64,000 nt of DNA from NCBI RefSeq assembly GCF_009914755.1, contig NC_060940.1. One strand, 5' to 3'. The position numbers and the translations under genes were made by a program. Under the pieces are notes generated by a model. It made no database searches. It was not told the origin of the DNA and saw only the letters and a list, made by a program, of their open reading frames with translations. The stretch comes from the human T2T-CHM13v2.0 reference genome, Homo sapiens. Shown piece after piece: positions 25,941-37,900 of the stretch (positions are counted from its first letter, which is position 1; each line of letters opens with the position of its first letter).

Positions 25941-28900
25941 GACAGAATCATTCTCAGAAACTGCTCTGTGATGTGTGTGTTCAACTCACAGAGTTTAACT
26001 TTCTTTTCATTCAGCAGTTTGGAAACACTCTGTTTGGAAAGTCTGCACGTGGATATTTTTACCTCTTTGAGGCCTTCGTTGGAAACGGGTTTTTTTCATG
26101 TAAGGCTAGACAGAAGAAATCTCAGTAACTTCCTTGTGTTGTGTGTATTCAACTGACAGAGTTGAACCTTCCTTTAGACAGAGCAGATTCGAAACACTCT
26201 TTTTCTGCAATTTGCAAGTGGAGACTTCAAGCGCTTTGAGGCCAAAGGCAGAAAAGGAAATATCTTCGTATAAAAACCCGACAGAATCATTCTCAGAAAC
26301 TGCTCTGTGATGTGTGCGTTCAACTCACAGAGTTTAACTTTTCTTTTCATTCAGCAGTTTGGAAACACTCTGTTTGTAAAGTCTGCAAGTGGATATCTTG
26401 GCCTCTTAGAGGCCTTCGTTGGAAACGGGTTTTTTCATGTAAGGTTAGACAGAGGAATTCCCAGTAACTTCCTTGTGTTGTGTGCATTCAACTCACAGAG
26501 TTGAATGATTCTTTACACAGAGCAGATTTGAGACACTCTTTTGGTGGAATTTGTTAGTGGAGAATTCAGCCGCTTTGAGGTCAACGGTAGAAAAGGAAAT
26601 ATCTTCGTATAAAAACTAGACAGAATGATTCTCAGAAACTGTTTTGTGATGTGTGCGTTCAACTCACAGAGTTTAACCTTTCTTTTCAAAGATCAGTTAG
26701 GAAACACTCTGTTTGTAAAGTCTGCAAGTGGATATTCAGACCTCTTTGAGGCCTTCGTTGGAAACGGGATTTCTTCATATTATGCTAGACAGATGAATTC
26801 TCAGTAACTTCCTTGTGTTGTGTGTATTCAACTCACAGAGTTGAACGATCCTTTACACAGAGCAGATTTGAAACACTGTTTTTCTGGAATTTGCAAGTGG
26901 AGATTTCAGCCGCTTTGAGGTCAATGGTAGAAAAGGAAATATCTTCGTATAAAAACTAGACAGAATGATTCTCAGAAACTCCTTTGTGATGTGTGCGTTC
27001 AACTCACAGAGTTTAACCTTTCTTTTCACAGAGCAGTTAGGAAACACTCTGTTTGTGAAGCCTGCCAGTGGATATTCGGACCTCTTTGAGGCCTTCGTTG
27101 GAAACGGGATTTCTTCATATTATGCTAGACAGAAGATTTCTCAGTAACTTCTTTGTGTTGTGTGTATGCAACTCACAGAGTTCAACCTTCCTTTAGACAG
27201 AGCAGATTTGAAACACTCTTTTTGTGGAATTTGCAAGTGGAGATTTCAAGCGCTTCGATGCCAATGGTAGAAAAGGAAATATCTTCGTATAAAAACAAGA
27301 CAAACTCGTTCCCAGACACTGCGTAGTGATGTGTGTGTTTAACTCACAGAGTTTCACCTTTCTTTTCATACAGCATTCTGGAAACCCTCTGTTTGTAAAG
27401 TCTGCAAGTGGATATTTGGACCTCTTAGATGCCTTCGTTGGAAACGGGATTTCTTCATATAATGCTAGAGGGAAGAATTCTTAGTAACTTCTTTGTGTTG
27501 TGTGTATTCAACTGACAGAGTTGAACCTTCCTTTAGACAGAGCAGATTTGAAAGTCTCTTTTTGTGGAATTTGCAAGTGGAGATTTCAAGCGCTTTGAGG
27601 CCAAAAGCAGAAAAGGAAATATTTTCCTATAAAAACTAGAGAGAATCATTCTCAGAAACTGCTCTGTGATGTGTGCGTTCAACTCACAGAGTTTAACTTT
27701 CTTTTCATTCAGCAGTTTGGAAACACTCTGTTTGGAAAGTCTGCACGTGGATATTTTGACCTCTTTGAGGCCTTCGTTGGAAACGGGTTTTTTTCATGTA
27801 AGGCTAGACAAAAGAAATCTCAGTAACTTCCTTGTGTTGTGTGTATTCAACTGACAGAGTTGAACCTTCCTTTAGACAGAGCAGATTCGAAACGCTCTTT
27901 TTCTGCAATTTGCAAGTGGAGACTTCAAGCGCTTTGAGGCCAAAGGCAGAAAAGGAAATATCTTCGTATAAAAACCCGACAGAATCATTCTCAGAAACTG
28001 CTCTGTGATGTGTGCGTTCAACTCACAGAGTTTAACTTTTCTTTTCATTCAGCAGTTTGGAAACACTCTGTTTGTAAAGTCTGCAAGTGGATATCTTGGC
28101 CTCTTAGAGGCCTTCGTTGGAAACGGGTTTTTTCATGTAAGGTTAGACAGAGGAATTCCCAGTAACTTCCTTGTGTTGTGTGCATTCAACTCACAGAGTT
28201 GAATGATTCTTTACACAGAGCAGATTTGAGACACTCTTTTGGTGGAATTTGTTAGTGGAGAATTCAGCCGCTTTGAGGTCAACGGTAGAAAAGGAAATAT
28301 CTTCGTATAAAAACTAGACAGAATGATTCTCAGAAACTGTTTTGTGATGTGTCCGTTCAACTCACAGAGTTTAACCTTTCTTTTCAAAGAGCAGTTAGGA
28401 AACACTCTGTTTGTAAAGTCTGCAAGTGGATATTCAGACCTCTTTGAGGCCTTCGTTGGAAACGGGATTTCTTCATATTATGCTAGACAGATGAATTCTC
28501 AGTAACTTCCTTGTGTTGTGTGTATTCAACTCACAGAGTTGAACGATCCTTTACACAGAGCAGATTTGAAACACTGTTTTTCTGGAATTTGCAAGTGGAG
28601 ATTTCAGCCGCTTTGAGGTCAATGGTAGAAAAAGAAATATCTTCGTATAAAAACTAGACAGAATGATTCTCAGAAACTCCTTTGTGATGTGTGCGTTCAA
28701 CTCACAGAGTTTAACCTTTCTTTTCACAGAGCAGTTAGGAAACACTCTGTTTGTGAAGCCTGCCAGTGGATATTCGGACCTCTTTGAGGCCTTCGTTGGA
28801 AACGGGATTTCTTCATATTATGCTAGACAGAAGATTTCTCAGTAACTTCTTTGTGTTGTGTGTATGCAACTCACAGAGTTCAACCTTCCTTTAGACAGAG

Positions 28901-31400
28901 CAGATTTGAAACACTCTTTTTGTGGAATTTGCAAGTGGAGATTTCAAGCGCTTCGATGCCAATGGTAGAAAAGGAAATATCTTCGTATAAAAACAAGACA
29001 AACTCGTTCCCAGACACTGCGTAGTGATGTGTGTGTTTAACTCACAGAGTTTAACCTTTCTTTTCATACAGCATTCTGGAAACCCTCTGTTTGTAAAGTC
29101 TGCAAGTGGATATTTGGACCTCTTAGATGCCTTCGTTGGAAACGGGATTTCTTCATATAATGCTAGAGGGAAGAATTCTTAGTAACTTCTTTGTGTTGTG
29201 TGTATTCAACTGACAGAGTTGAACCTTCCTTTAGACAGAGCAGATTTGAAAGTCTCTTTTTGTGGAATTTGCAAGTGGAGATTTCAAGCGCTTTGAGGCC
29301 AAAAGCAGAAAAGGAAATATTTTCCTATAAAAACTAGACAGAATCATTCTCAGAAACTGCTCTGTGATGTGTGCGTTCAACTCACAGAGTTTAACTTTTC
29401 TTTTCATTCAGCAGTTTGGAAACACTCTGTTTGGAAAGTCTGCACGTGGATATTTTGACCTCTTTGAGGCCTTCGTTGGAAACGGGTTTTTATCATGTAA
29501 GGCTAGACAGAAGAAATCTCAGTAACTTCCTTGTGTTGTGTGTATTCAACTGACAGAGTTGAACCTTCCTTTAGACAGAGCAGATTCGAAACACTCTTTT
29601 TCTGCAATTTGCAAGTGGAGACTTCAAGCACTTTGAGGCCAAAGGCAGAAAAGGAAATATCTTCGTATAAAAACCCGACAGAATCATTCTCAGAAACTGC
29701 TCTGTGATGTGTGCGTTCAACTCACAGAGTTTAACTTTTCTTTTCATTCAGCAGTTTGGAAACACTCTGTTTGTAAAGTCTGCAAGTGGATATCTTGGCC
29801 TCTTAGAGGCCTTCGTTGGAAACGGGTTTTTTCATGTAAGGTTAGACAGAGGAATTCCCAGTAACTTCCTTGTGTTGTGTGCATTCAACTCACAGAGTTG
29901 AATGATTCTTTACACAGAGCAGATTTGAGACACTCTTTTGGTGGAATTTGTAAGTGGAGAATTCAGCCGCTTTGAGGTCAACGGTAGAAAAGGAAATATC
30001 TTCGTATAAAAACTAGACAGAATGATTCTCAGAAACTGTTTTGTGATGTGTGCGTTCAACTCACAGAGTTTAACCTTTCTTTTCAAAGAGCAGTTAGGAA
30101 ACACTCTGTTTGTAAAGTCTGCAAGCGGATATTCAGACCTCTTTGAGGCCTTCGTTGGAAACGGGATTTCTTCATATTATGCTAGACAGATGAATTCTCA
30201 GTAACTTCCTTGTGTTGTGTGTATTCAACTCACAGAGTTGAACGATCCTTTACACAGAGCAGATTTGAAACACTGTTTTTCTGGAATTTGCAAGTGGAGA
30301 TTTCAGCCGCTTTGAGGTCAATGGTAGAAAAGGAAATATCTTCGTATAAAAACTAGACAGAATGATTCTCAGAAACTCCTTTGTGATGTGTGCGTTCAAC
30401 TCACAGAGTTTAACCTTTCTTTTCACAGAGCAGTTAGGAAACACTCTGTTTGTGAAGCCTGCCAGTGGATATTCGGACCTCTTTGAGGCCTTCGTTGGAA
30501 ACGGGATTTCTTCATATTATGCTAGACAGAAGATTTCTCAGTAACTTCTTTGTGTTGTGTGTATGCAACTCACAGAGTTCAACCTTCCTTTAGACAGAGC
30601 AGATTTGAAACACTCTTTTTGTGGAATTTGCAAGTGGAGATTTCAAGCGCTTCGATGCCAATGGTAGAAAAGGAAATATCTTCGTATAAAAACAAGACAA
30701 ACTCGTTCCCAGACACTGCGTAGTGATGTGTGTGTTTAACTCACAGAGTTTAACCTTTCTTTTCATACAGCATTCTGGAAACCCTCTGTTTGTAAAGTCT
30801 GCAAGTGGATATTTGGACCTCTTAGATGCCTTCGTTGGAAACGGGATTTCTTCATATAATGCTAGAGGGAAGAATTCTTAGTAACTTCTTTGTGTTGTGT
30901 GTATTCAACTGACAGAGTTGAACCTTCCTTTAGACAGAGCAGATTTGAAAGTCTCTTTTTGTGGAATTTGCAAGTGGAGATTTCAAGCGCTTTGAGGCCA
31001 AAAGCAGAAAAGGAAATATTTTCCTATAAAAACTAGAGAGAATCATTCTCAGAAACTGCTCTGTGATGTGTGCGTTCAACTCACAGAGTTTAACTTTCTT
31101 TTCATTCAGCAGTTTGGAAACACTGTTTGGAAAGTCTGCACGTGGATATTTTGACCTCTTTGAGGCCTTCGTTGGAAACGGGTTTTTTTCATGTAAGGCT
31201 AGACAGAAGAAATCTCAGTAACTTCCTTGTGTTGTGTGTATTCAACTGACAGAGTTGAACCTTCCTTTAGAGAGAGCAGATTCGAAACGCTCTTTTTCTG
31301 CAATTTGCAAGTGGAGACTTCAAGCGCTTTGAGGCCAAAGGCAGAAAAGGAAATATCTTCGTATAAAAACCCGACAGAATCATTCTCAGAAACTGCTCTA

Positions 31401-34400
31401 TGATGTGTGCGTTCAACTCACAGAGTTTAACTTTTCTTTTCATTCAGCAGTTTGGAAACACTCTGTTTGTAAAGTCTGCAAGTGGATATCTTGGCCTCTT
31501 AGAGGCCTTCGTTGGAAACGCGTTTTTTCATGTAAGGTTAGACAGAGGAATTCCCAGTAACTTCCTTGTGTTGTGTGCATTCAACTCACAGAGTTGAATG
31601 ATTCTTTACACAGAGCAGATTTGAGACACACTTTTGGTGGAATTTGTAAGTGGAGAGTTCAGCCGCTTTGAGGTCAACGGTAGAAAAGGAAATATCTTCG
31701 TATAAAAACTAGAAAGAATGATTCTCAGAAACTGTTTTGTGATGTGTGCGTTCAACTCACAGAGTTTAACCTTTCTTTTCAAAGAGCAGTTAGGAAACAC
31801 TCTGTTTGTAAAGTCTGCAAGTGGATATTCAGACCTCTTTGAAGCCTTCGTTGGAAACGGGATTTCTTCATATTATGCTAGACAGATGAATTCTCAGTAA
31901 CTTCCTTGTGTTGTGTGTATTCAACTCACAGAGTTGAACGATCCTTTACACAGAGCAGATTTGAAACACTGTTTTTCTGGAATTTGCAAGTGGAGATTTC
32001 AGCCGCTTTGAGGTCAATGGTAGAAAAGGAAATATCTTCGTATAAAAACTAGACAGAATGATTCTCAGAAACTCCTTTGTGATGTGTGCGTTCAACTCAC
32101 AGAGTTTAACCTTTCCTTTCACAGAGCAGTTAGGAAACACTCTGTTTGTGAAGCCTGCCAGTGGATATTCGACCTCTTTGAGGCCTTCGTTGGAAACGGT
32201 ATTTCTTCATATTTTGCTAGACAGAAGATTTCTCAGTAACTTCTTTGTGTTGTGTGTATGCAACTCACAGAGTTCAACCTTCCTTTAGACAGAGCAGATT
32301 TGAAACACTCATTTTGTGGAATTTGCAAGTGGAAATTTCAAGCGCATCGATGCCAATGGTAGAAAAGGAAATATCTTCGTATAAAAACAAGACAAACTCG
32401 TTCCCAGACACTGCGTAGTGATGTGTGTGTTTAACTCACAGAGTTTAACCTTTCTTTTCATACAGCATTCTGGAAACCCTCTGTTTGTAAAGTCTGCAAG
32501 TGGATATTTGGACCTCTTAGATGCCTTCGTTGGAAACGGGATTTCCTCATATAATGCTAGAGGGAAGAATTCTTAGTAACTTCTTTGTGTTGTGTGTATT
32601 CAACTGACAGAGTTGAACCTTCCTTTAGACAGAGCAGATTTGAAAGTCTCTTTTTGTGGAATTTGCAAGTGGAGATTTCAAGCGCTTTGAGGCCAAAAGC
32701 AGAAAAGGAAATATTTTCCTATAAAAACTAGACAGAATCATTCTCAGAAACTTCTCTGGGATGTGTGCGTTCAACTCACAGAGTTTAACTTTTCTTTTCA
32801 TTCAGCAGTTTGGAAACACTCTGTTTGGAAAGTCTGCACGTGGATATTTTGACCTCTTTGAGGCCTTCGTTGGAAACGGGTTTTTTTCATGTAAGGCTAG
32901 ACAGAAGAAATCTCAGTAACTTCCTTGTGTTGTGTGTATTCAACTGACAGAGTTGAACCTTCCTTTAGACAGAGCAGATTCGAAACACTCTTTTTCTGCA
33001 ATTTGCAAGTGGAGACTTCAAGCGCTTTGAGGCCAAAGGCAGAAAAGGAAATATCTTCGTATAAAAACCCGACAGAATCATTCTCAGAAACTGCTCTGTG
33101 ATGTGTGCGTTCAACTCACAGAGTTTAACTTTTCTTTTCATTCAGCAGTTTGGAAACACTCTGTTTGTAAAGTCTGCAAGTGGATATCTTGGCCTCTTAG
33201 AGGCCTTCGTTGGAAACGCGTTTTTTCATGTAAGGTTAGACAGAGGAATTCCCAGTAACTTCCTTGTGTTGTGTGCATTCAACTCACAGAGTTGAATGAT
33301 TCTTTACACAGAGCAGATTTGAGACACACTTTTGGTGGAATTTGTAAGTGGAGAGTTCAGCCGCTTTGAGGTCAACGGTAGAAAAGGAAATATCTTCGTA
33401 TAAAAACTAGAAAGAATGATTCTCAGAAACTGTTTTGTGATGTGTGCGTTCAACTCACAGAGTTTAACCTTTCTTTTCAAAGAGCAGTTAGGAAACACTC
33501 TGTTTGTAAAGTCTGCAAGTGGATATTCAGACCTCTTTGAAGCCTTCGTTGGAAACGGGATTTCTTCATATTATGCTAGACAGATGAATTCTCAGTAACT
33601 TCCTTGTGTTGTGTGTATTCAACTCACAGAGTTGAACGATCCTTTACACAGAGCAGATTTGAAACACTGTTTTTCTGGAATTTGCAAGTGGAGATTTCAG
33701 CCGCTTTGAGGTCAATGGTAGAAAAGGAAATATCTTCGTATAAAAACTAGACAGAATGATTCTCAGAAACTCCTTTGTGATGTGTGCGTTCAACTCACAG
33801 AGTTTAACCTTTCCTTTCACAGAGCAGTTAGGAAACACTCTGTTTGTGAAGCCTGCCAGTGGATATTCGACCTCTTTGAGGCCTTCGTTGGAAACGGTAT
33901 TTCTTCATATTTTGCTAGACAGAAGATTTCTCAGTAACTTCTTTGTGTTGTGTGTATGCAACTCACAGAGTTCAACCTTCCTTTAGACAGAGCAGATTTG
34001 AAACACTCATTTTGTGGAATTTGCAAGTGGAAATTTCAAGCGCATCGATGCCAATGGTAGAAAAGGAAATATCTTCGTATAAAAACAAGACAAACTCGTT
34101 CCCAGACACTGCGTAGTGATGTGTGTGTTTAACTCACAGAGTTTAACCTTTCTTTTCATACAGCATTCTGGAAACCCTCTGTTTGTAAAGTCTGCAAGTG
34201 GATATTTGGACCTCTTAGATGCCTTCGTTGGAAACGGGATTTCCTCATATAATGCTAGAGGGAAGAATTCTTAGTAACTTCTTTGTGTTGTGTGTATTCA
34301 ACTGACAGAGTTGAACCTTCCTTTAGACAGAGCAGATTTGAAAGTCTCTTTTTGTGGAATTTGCAAGTGGAGATTTCAAGCGCTTTGAGGCCAAAAGCAG

Positions 34401-34916
34401 AAAAGGAAATATTTTCCTATAAAAACTAGACAGAATCATTCTCAGAAACTTCTCTGGGATGTGTGCGTTCAACTCACAGAGTTTAACTTTTCTTTTCATT
34501 CAGCAGTTTGGAAACACTCTGTTTGGAAAGTCTGCACGTGGATATTTTGACCTCTTTGAGGCCTTCGTTGGAAACGGGTTTTTTTCATGTAAGGCTAGAC
34601 AGAAGAAATCTCAGTAACTTCCTTGTGTTGTGTGTATTCAACTGACAGAGTTGAACCTTCCTTTAGACAGAGCAGATTCGAAACACTCTTTTTCTGCAAT
34701 TTGCAAGTGGAGACTTCAAGCGCTTTGAGGCCAAAGGCAGAAAAGGAAATATCTTCGTATAAAAACCCGACAGAATCATTCTCAGAAACTGCTCTGTGAT
34801 GTGTGCGTTCAACTCACAGAGTTTAACTTTTCTTTTCATTCAGCAGTTTGGAAACACTCTGTTTGTAAAGTCTGCAAGTGGATATCTTGGCCTCTTAGAG
34901 GCCTTCGTTGGAAACG
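31401..34916 (+). repeat. Recent tandem duplication of one HOR (period 1698)
   Basis: Both copies share private variants GAGACACACT, GAGAGTTCAG, TTCCTTTCAC, TATTCGACC (1-bp deletion), AACGGTATT, ACTCATTTTG and AAACTTCTCTGGG. Confidence 0.9.
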
Positions 34917-37900
34917 GGTTTTTTCATGTAAGCTTAGACAGAGGAATTCCCAGTAACTTCCTTGTGTTGTGTGCATTCAACTCACAGAGTTGAATGATTC
35001 TTTACACAGAGCAGATTTGAGACACTCTTTTGGTGGAATTTGTAAGTGGAGAATTCAGCCGCTTTGAGGTCAACGGTAGAAAAGGAAATATCTTCGTATA
35101 AAAACTAGACAGAATGATTCTCAGAAACTGTTTTGTGATGTGTGCGTTCAACTCACAGAGTTTAACCTTTCTTTTCAAAGAGCAGTTAGGAAACACTCTG
35201 TTTGTAAAGTCTGCAAGCGGATATTCAGACCTCTTTGAGGCCTTCGTTGGAAACGGGATTTCTTCATATTATGCTAGACAGAAGAATTCTCAGTAACTTC
35301 CTTGTGTTGTGTGTATTCAACTCACAGAGTTGAACGATCCTTTACACAGAGCAGATTTGAAACACTGTTTTTCTGGAATTTGCAAGTGGAGATTTCAGCC
35401 GCTTTGAGGTCAATGGTAGAAAAGGAAATATCTTCGTATAAAAACTAGACAGAATGATTCTCAGAAACTCCTTTGTGATGTGTGCGTTCAACTCACAGAG
35501 TTTAACCTTTCTTTTCACAGAGCAGTTAGGAAACACTCTGTTTGTGAAGCCTGCCAGTGGATATTCGGACCTCTTTGAGGCCTTCGTTGGAAACGGGATT
35601 TCTTCATATTATGCTAGACAGAAGATTTCTCAGTAACTTCTTTGTGTTGTGTGTATGCAACTCACAGAGTTCAACCTTCCTTTAGACAGAGCAGATTTGA
35701 AACACTCTTTTTGTGGAATTTGCAAGTGGAGATTTCAAGCGCTTCGATGCCAATGGTAGAAAAGGAAATATCTTCGTATAAAAACAAGACAAACTCGTTC
35801 CCAGACACTGCGTAGTGATGTGTGTGTTTAACTCACAGAGTTTCACCTTTCTTTTCATACAGCATTCTGGAAACCCTGTATTTGTAAAGTCTGCAAGTGG
35901 ATATTTGGACCTCTTAGATGCCTTCGTTGGAAACGGGATTTCTTCATATAATGCTAGAGGGAAGAATTCTTAGTAACTTCTTTGTGTTGTGTGTATTCAA
36001 CTGACAGAGTTGAACCTTCCTTTAGACAGAGCAGATTTGAAAGTCTCTTTTTGTGGAATTTGCAAGTGGAGATTTCAAGCGCTTTGAGGCCAAAAGCAGA
36101 AAAGGAAATATTTTCCTATAAAAACTAGACAGAATCTTTCTCAGAAACTGCTCTGGGATGTGTGTGTTCAACTCACAGAGTTTAACTTTCTTTTCATTCA
36201 GCAGTTTGGAAACACTCTGTTTGGAAAGTCTGCACGTGGATATTTTGACCTCTTTGAGGCCTTCGTTGGAAACGGGTTTTTTTCATGTAAGGCTAGACAG
36301 AAGAAATCTCAGTAACTTCCTTGTGTTGTGTGTATTCAACTGACAGAGTTGAACCTTCCTTTAGACAGAGCAGATTCGAAACACTCTTTTTCTGCAATTT
36401 GCAAGTGGAGACTTCAAGCGCTTTGAGGCCAAAGGCAGAAAAGGAAATATCTACGTATAAAAACCCGACAGAATCATTCTCAGAAACTGCTCTGTGATGT
36501 GTGCGTTCAACTCACAGAGTTTAACTTTTCTTTTCATTCAGCAGTTTGGAAACACTCTGTTTGTAAAGTCTGCAAGTGGATATCTTGGCCTCTTAGAGGC
36601 CTTCGTTGGAAACGGGTTTTTTCATGTAAGGTTAGACAGAGGAATTCCCAGTAACTTCCTTGTGTTGTGTGCATTCAACTCACAGAGTTGAATGATTCTT
36701 TACACAGAGCAGATTTGAGACACTCTTTTGGTGGAATTTGTAAGTGGAGAATTCAGCCGCTTTGAGGTCAACGGTAGAAAAGGAAATATCTTCGTATAAA
36801 AACTAGACAGAATGATTCTCAGAAACTGTTTTGTGATGTGTGCGTTCAACTCACAGAGTTTAACCTTTCTTTTCAGAGAGCAGTTAGGAAACACTCTGTT
36901 TGTAAAGTCTGCAAGTGGATATTCAGACCTCTTTGAGGCCTTCGTTGGAAACGGGATTTCTTCATATTATGCTAGACAGATGAATTCTCAGTAACTTCCT
37001 TGTGTTGTGTGTATTCAACTCACAGAGTTGAACGATCCTTTACACAGAGCAGATTTGAAACACTGTTTTTCTGGAATTTGCAAGTGGAGATTTCAGCCGC
37101 TTTGAGGTCAATGGTAGAAAAGGAAATATCTTCGTATAAAAACTAGACAGAATGATTCTCAGAAACTCCTTTGTGATGTGTGCGTTCAACTCACAGAGTT
37201 TAACCTTTCTTTTCACAGAGCAGTTAGGAAACACTCTGTTTGTGAAGCCTGCCAGTGGATATTCGGACCTCTTTGAGGCCTTCGTTGGAAACGGGATTTC
37301 TTCGTATTATGCTAGACAGAAGATTTCTCAGTAACTTCTTTGTGTTGTGTGTATGCAACTCACAGAGTTCAACCTTCCTTTAGACAGAGCAGATTTGAAA
37401 CACTCTTTTTGTGGAATTTGCAAGTGGAGATTTCAAGCGCTTCGATGCCAATGGTAGAAAAGGAAATATCTTCGTATAAAAACAAGACAAACTCGTTCCC
37501 AGACACTGCGTAGTGATGTGTGTGTTTAACTCACAGAGTTTCACCTTTCTTTTCATACAGCATTCTGGAAACCCTCTGTTTGTAAAGTCTGCAAGTGGAT
37601 ATTTGGACCTCTTAGATGCCTTCGTTGGAAACGGGATTTCTTCATATAATGCTAGAGGGAAGAATTCTTAGTAACTTCTTTGTGTTGTGTGTATTCAACT
37701 GACAGAGTTGAACCTTCCTTTAGACAGAGCAGATTTGAAAGTCTCTTTTTGTGGAATTTGCAAGTGGAGATTTCAAGCGCTTTGAGGCCAAAAGCAGAAA
37801 AGGAAATATTTTCCTATAAAAACTAGACAGAATCTTTCTCAGAAACTGCTCTGGGATGTGTGCGTTCAACTCACAGAGTTTAACTTTTCTTTTCATTCAG

